64,000 nt of DNA, taken from NCBI GenBank assembly GCA_030704615.1, contig CM060731.1:31806001-31870000 (forward strand). Direction: 5' to 3'. The notes under the pieces were generated by a model that saw only the letters and a program-made list of their open reading frames with translations, had not been told where the DNA came from and did no database searches. This document shows positions 62,347-64,000 of this stretch, piece after piece. The position numbers were made by a program, and so were the translations under genes. This stretch comes from Takakia lepidozioides. Taxonomy: Eukaryota; Plantae; Bryophyta. Every line of letters starts with the position of its first letter. Positions within the stretch are counted from its first letter, which is position 1.

Positions 62347-64000
62347 TTTTGCAGACGTCTCTTCAGGAGCTGAAGTCTGGGCTGAAAATGTTTAGATCAC
62401 TGCGCACTGAATCAAAGGACCGACAAGCATTTCTACATGTCAGTCGCGTCTGCCGTGACCGACTGTAGGTCTTTTGACAATTCATACATGTGAAGAAGTG
62501 CGCACAGCTACAAAGTCCTTCTGGACAGGCACAGTTATCTTCTGGGAATGTAACAAGGTTGTGTGAACTCATCACAGAGGTCAGAGACAATCTCGCGAAC
62601 ATATAATTTGGAAGCATGACATGACCGCAGACGGGCTCAAGACCAATGTCAAATTCAATTTAAGCCCATCATGGAACGTTTCTTAGAAGTAGAAATTTGG
62701 AACCAAACACCTCTGAGGCCACAATCCACAATAGAGATTGAGAGAGAGAGAGAACACCCACCTCACCCACATTGTAGGCGAAAGGTTCTGTGGCCTTCAG
62801 TCTGCACGGTGTGCTCCACGTCCAAGGAGGCTCCGGCGAAGGAATAGTACTCTTGACACCAGCACAAGGCGTGTAACGTTTATCTGTGGGCGCTGCTTTA
62901 AAGCACTGCACAAGCCTGGTCAGCTCGACAGAAGCACCCGTGCTATCGCATTAATAACTAAGTACTGATGAGTGCAATGTGCGACAAGAGCTGCAATGCT
63001 CACCATACATGCTCAAGTGCTTTAATGTTAAAAGACAACCACAGTATGCTCCATGAAGCTATCCCAACTACTCTTCTATCAGCACACATCTCTAGTATCT
63101 CCGTGCAGTCAGATCTGATTGAAGGATATGAACGGTCCCAAATGTAAAGAATCATTACAATGTTGTGGTGTGGTGACCCCAAATTTGAATTTACTCCACC
63201 CGTTCTACGACATACGGATACCTTGTTGAATCTTGACAGACAGCTTCCGAGAATGCAGTAAATCGTCTCACATGCAGTGGCTTAGAAAACTCGGAGACAG
63301 GGAATGAAGTTTTGGCTTTGTTCACCGGCCCTTAAAGAGCTTTAGTGCATGATGCCTACCCCGCATAATGCACAACCTACTCACAATGCCTGCCATCCCT
63401 GACATTTGGAGAACGGTCGCACAGGCTGGCTTACATATTACTCTACATACTTGCACGATTGGGCCTTCCCTCAGCCCTGTCACTCAACTTGGTCTCACAT
63501 GTGCCTAGTTATAGCGATCTGATGTGGTCCTGAGTCCTGAGATTGCCTCCACCCATTTGCCAGCAATTGCGTGCTTCCTTGGGGTACCTATTCTCCCTGT
63601 CGTTGTTGCAGACTACATCAAAGATTGTCCAAGTCCCAGGCCTGCCAGCCGCTCCTGCTACCTCTTTAATGCTTGTTTTATCCTAATTGGGTCCACAATC
63701 CAGGGACAGTTTCAGACTCCAGAGAGTAAAGATGCTTTGAGAATCCTTCTCATATTTATAGCTCCAGCAACAACCCCATGATTCAAGGAGTTTGATGTTT
63801 GATCATCCTCCGTTCCCTTTCTGCTTATTAAAGAGAAATCTGTACTGTTTTGTTTGGAACCGAGGAAGCTACAGGGCTTTGAGGAGGAAGATTAATAATG
63901 ATGGCCCAAACTATTGGGAGCCTAAGTTCTAACTGCATGTGGGGCGCCGTCTTACTGGCTCGTTACTAAAGTTCAAAACCCTAAATTTCTGTTTTGATGT

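Noticed and set aside
62960-63000. ctgatgag hammerhead-like motif
   Set aside because: Followed by gacaa rather than GAAA; no stems I or III.
63380-63950. Exon-like minus-strand pieces at the window end
   Set aside because: In-frame stops and no recognisable product; may be a pseudogene extending beyond the window.

Overview
Eukaryotic nuclear DNA from a non-seed land plant, most likely a bryophyte. This is inferred from spliceosomal GT-AG introns, a flagellar dynein assembly gene, a moss-style PLS-class PPR gene and pTAC10. Genes in order: an intronless, strongly divergent PYR/PYL-type START protein (+); a 7-exon heme catalase of the animal/fungal/bacterial clade-3 type rather than the plant clade-1 type (-); an 11-exon DNAAF1/ODA7 LRR gene with a GC-AG intron (+); a PLS-E PPR gene with a decayed E+/DYW tail (-); an F-box pseudogene (+); pTAC10 (-); and two convergent GDSL lipase paralogues flanking a NUDX25-like Nudix hydrolase. 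Mobile DNA: several copies and 3' ends of one LINE family sitting in TC-rich tracts; a complete but degenerate Copia element (LTRs, 5-bp TSD, half-tRNA-type PBS) with a nested 8-bp-TSD DNA element; a decayed hAT-like transposase split by a CACTA element; two TA-TSD MITEs; and two tRNA-derived SINEs. Most notable: the PYL protein with apparent ligand-independent-type substitutions, the clade-3 catalase, and a candidate degenerate HDV-like ribozyme heading a short LINE-related element. All family calls come from recalled motifs and manual splicing; no database search was run.
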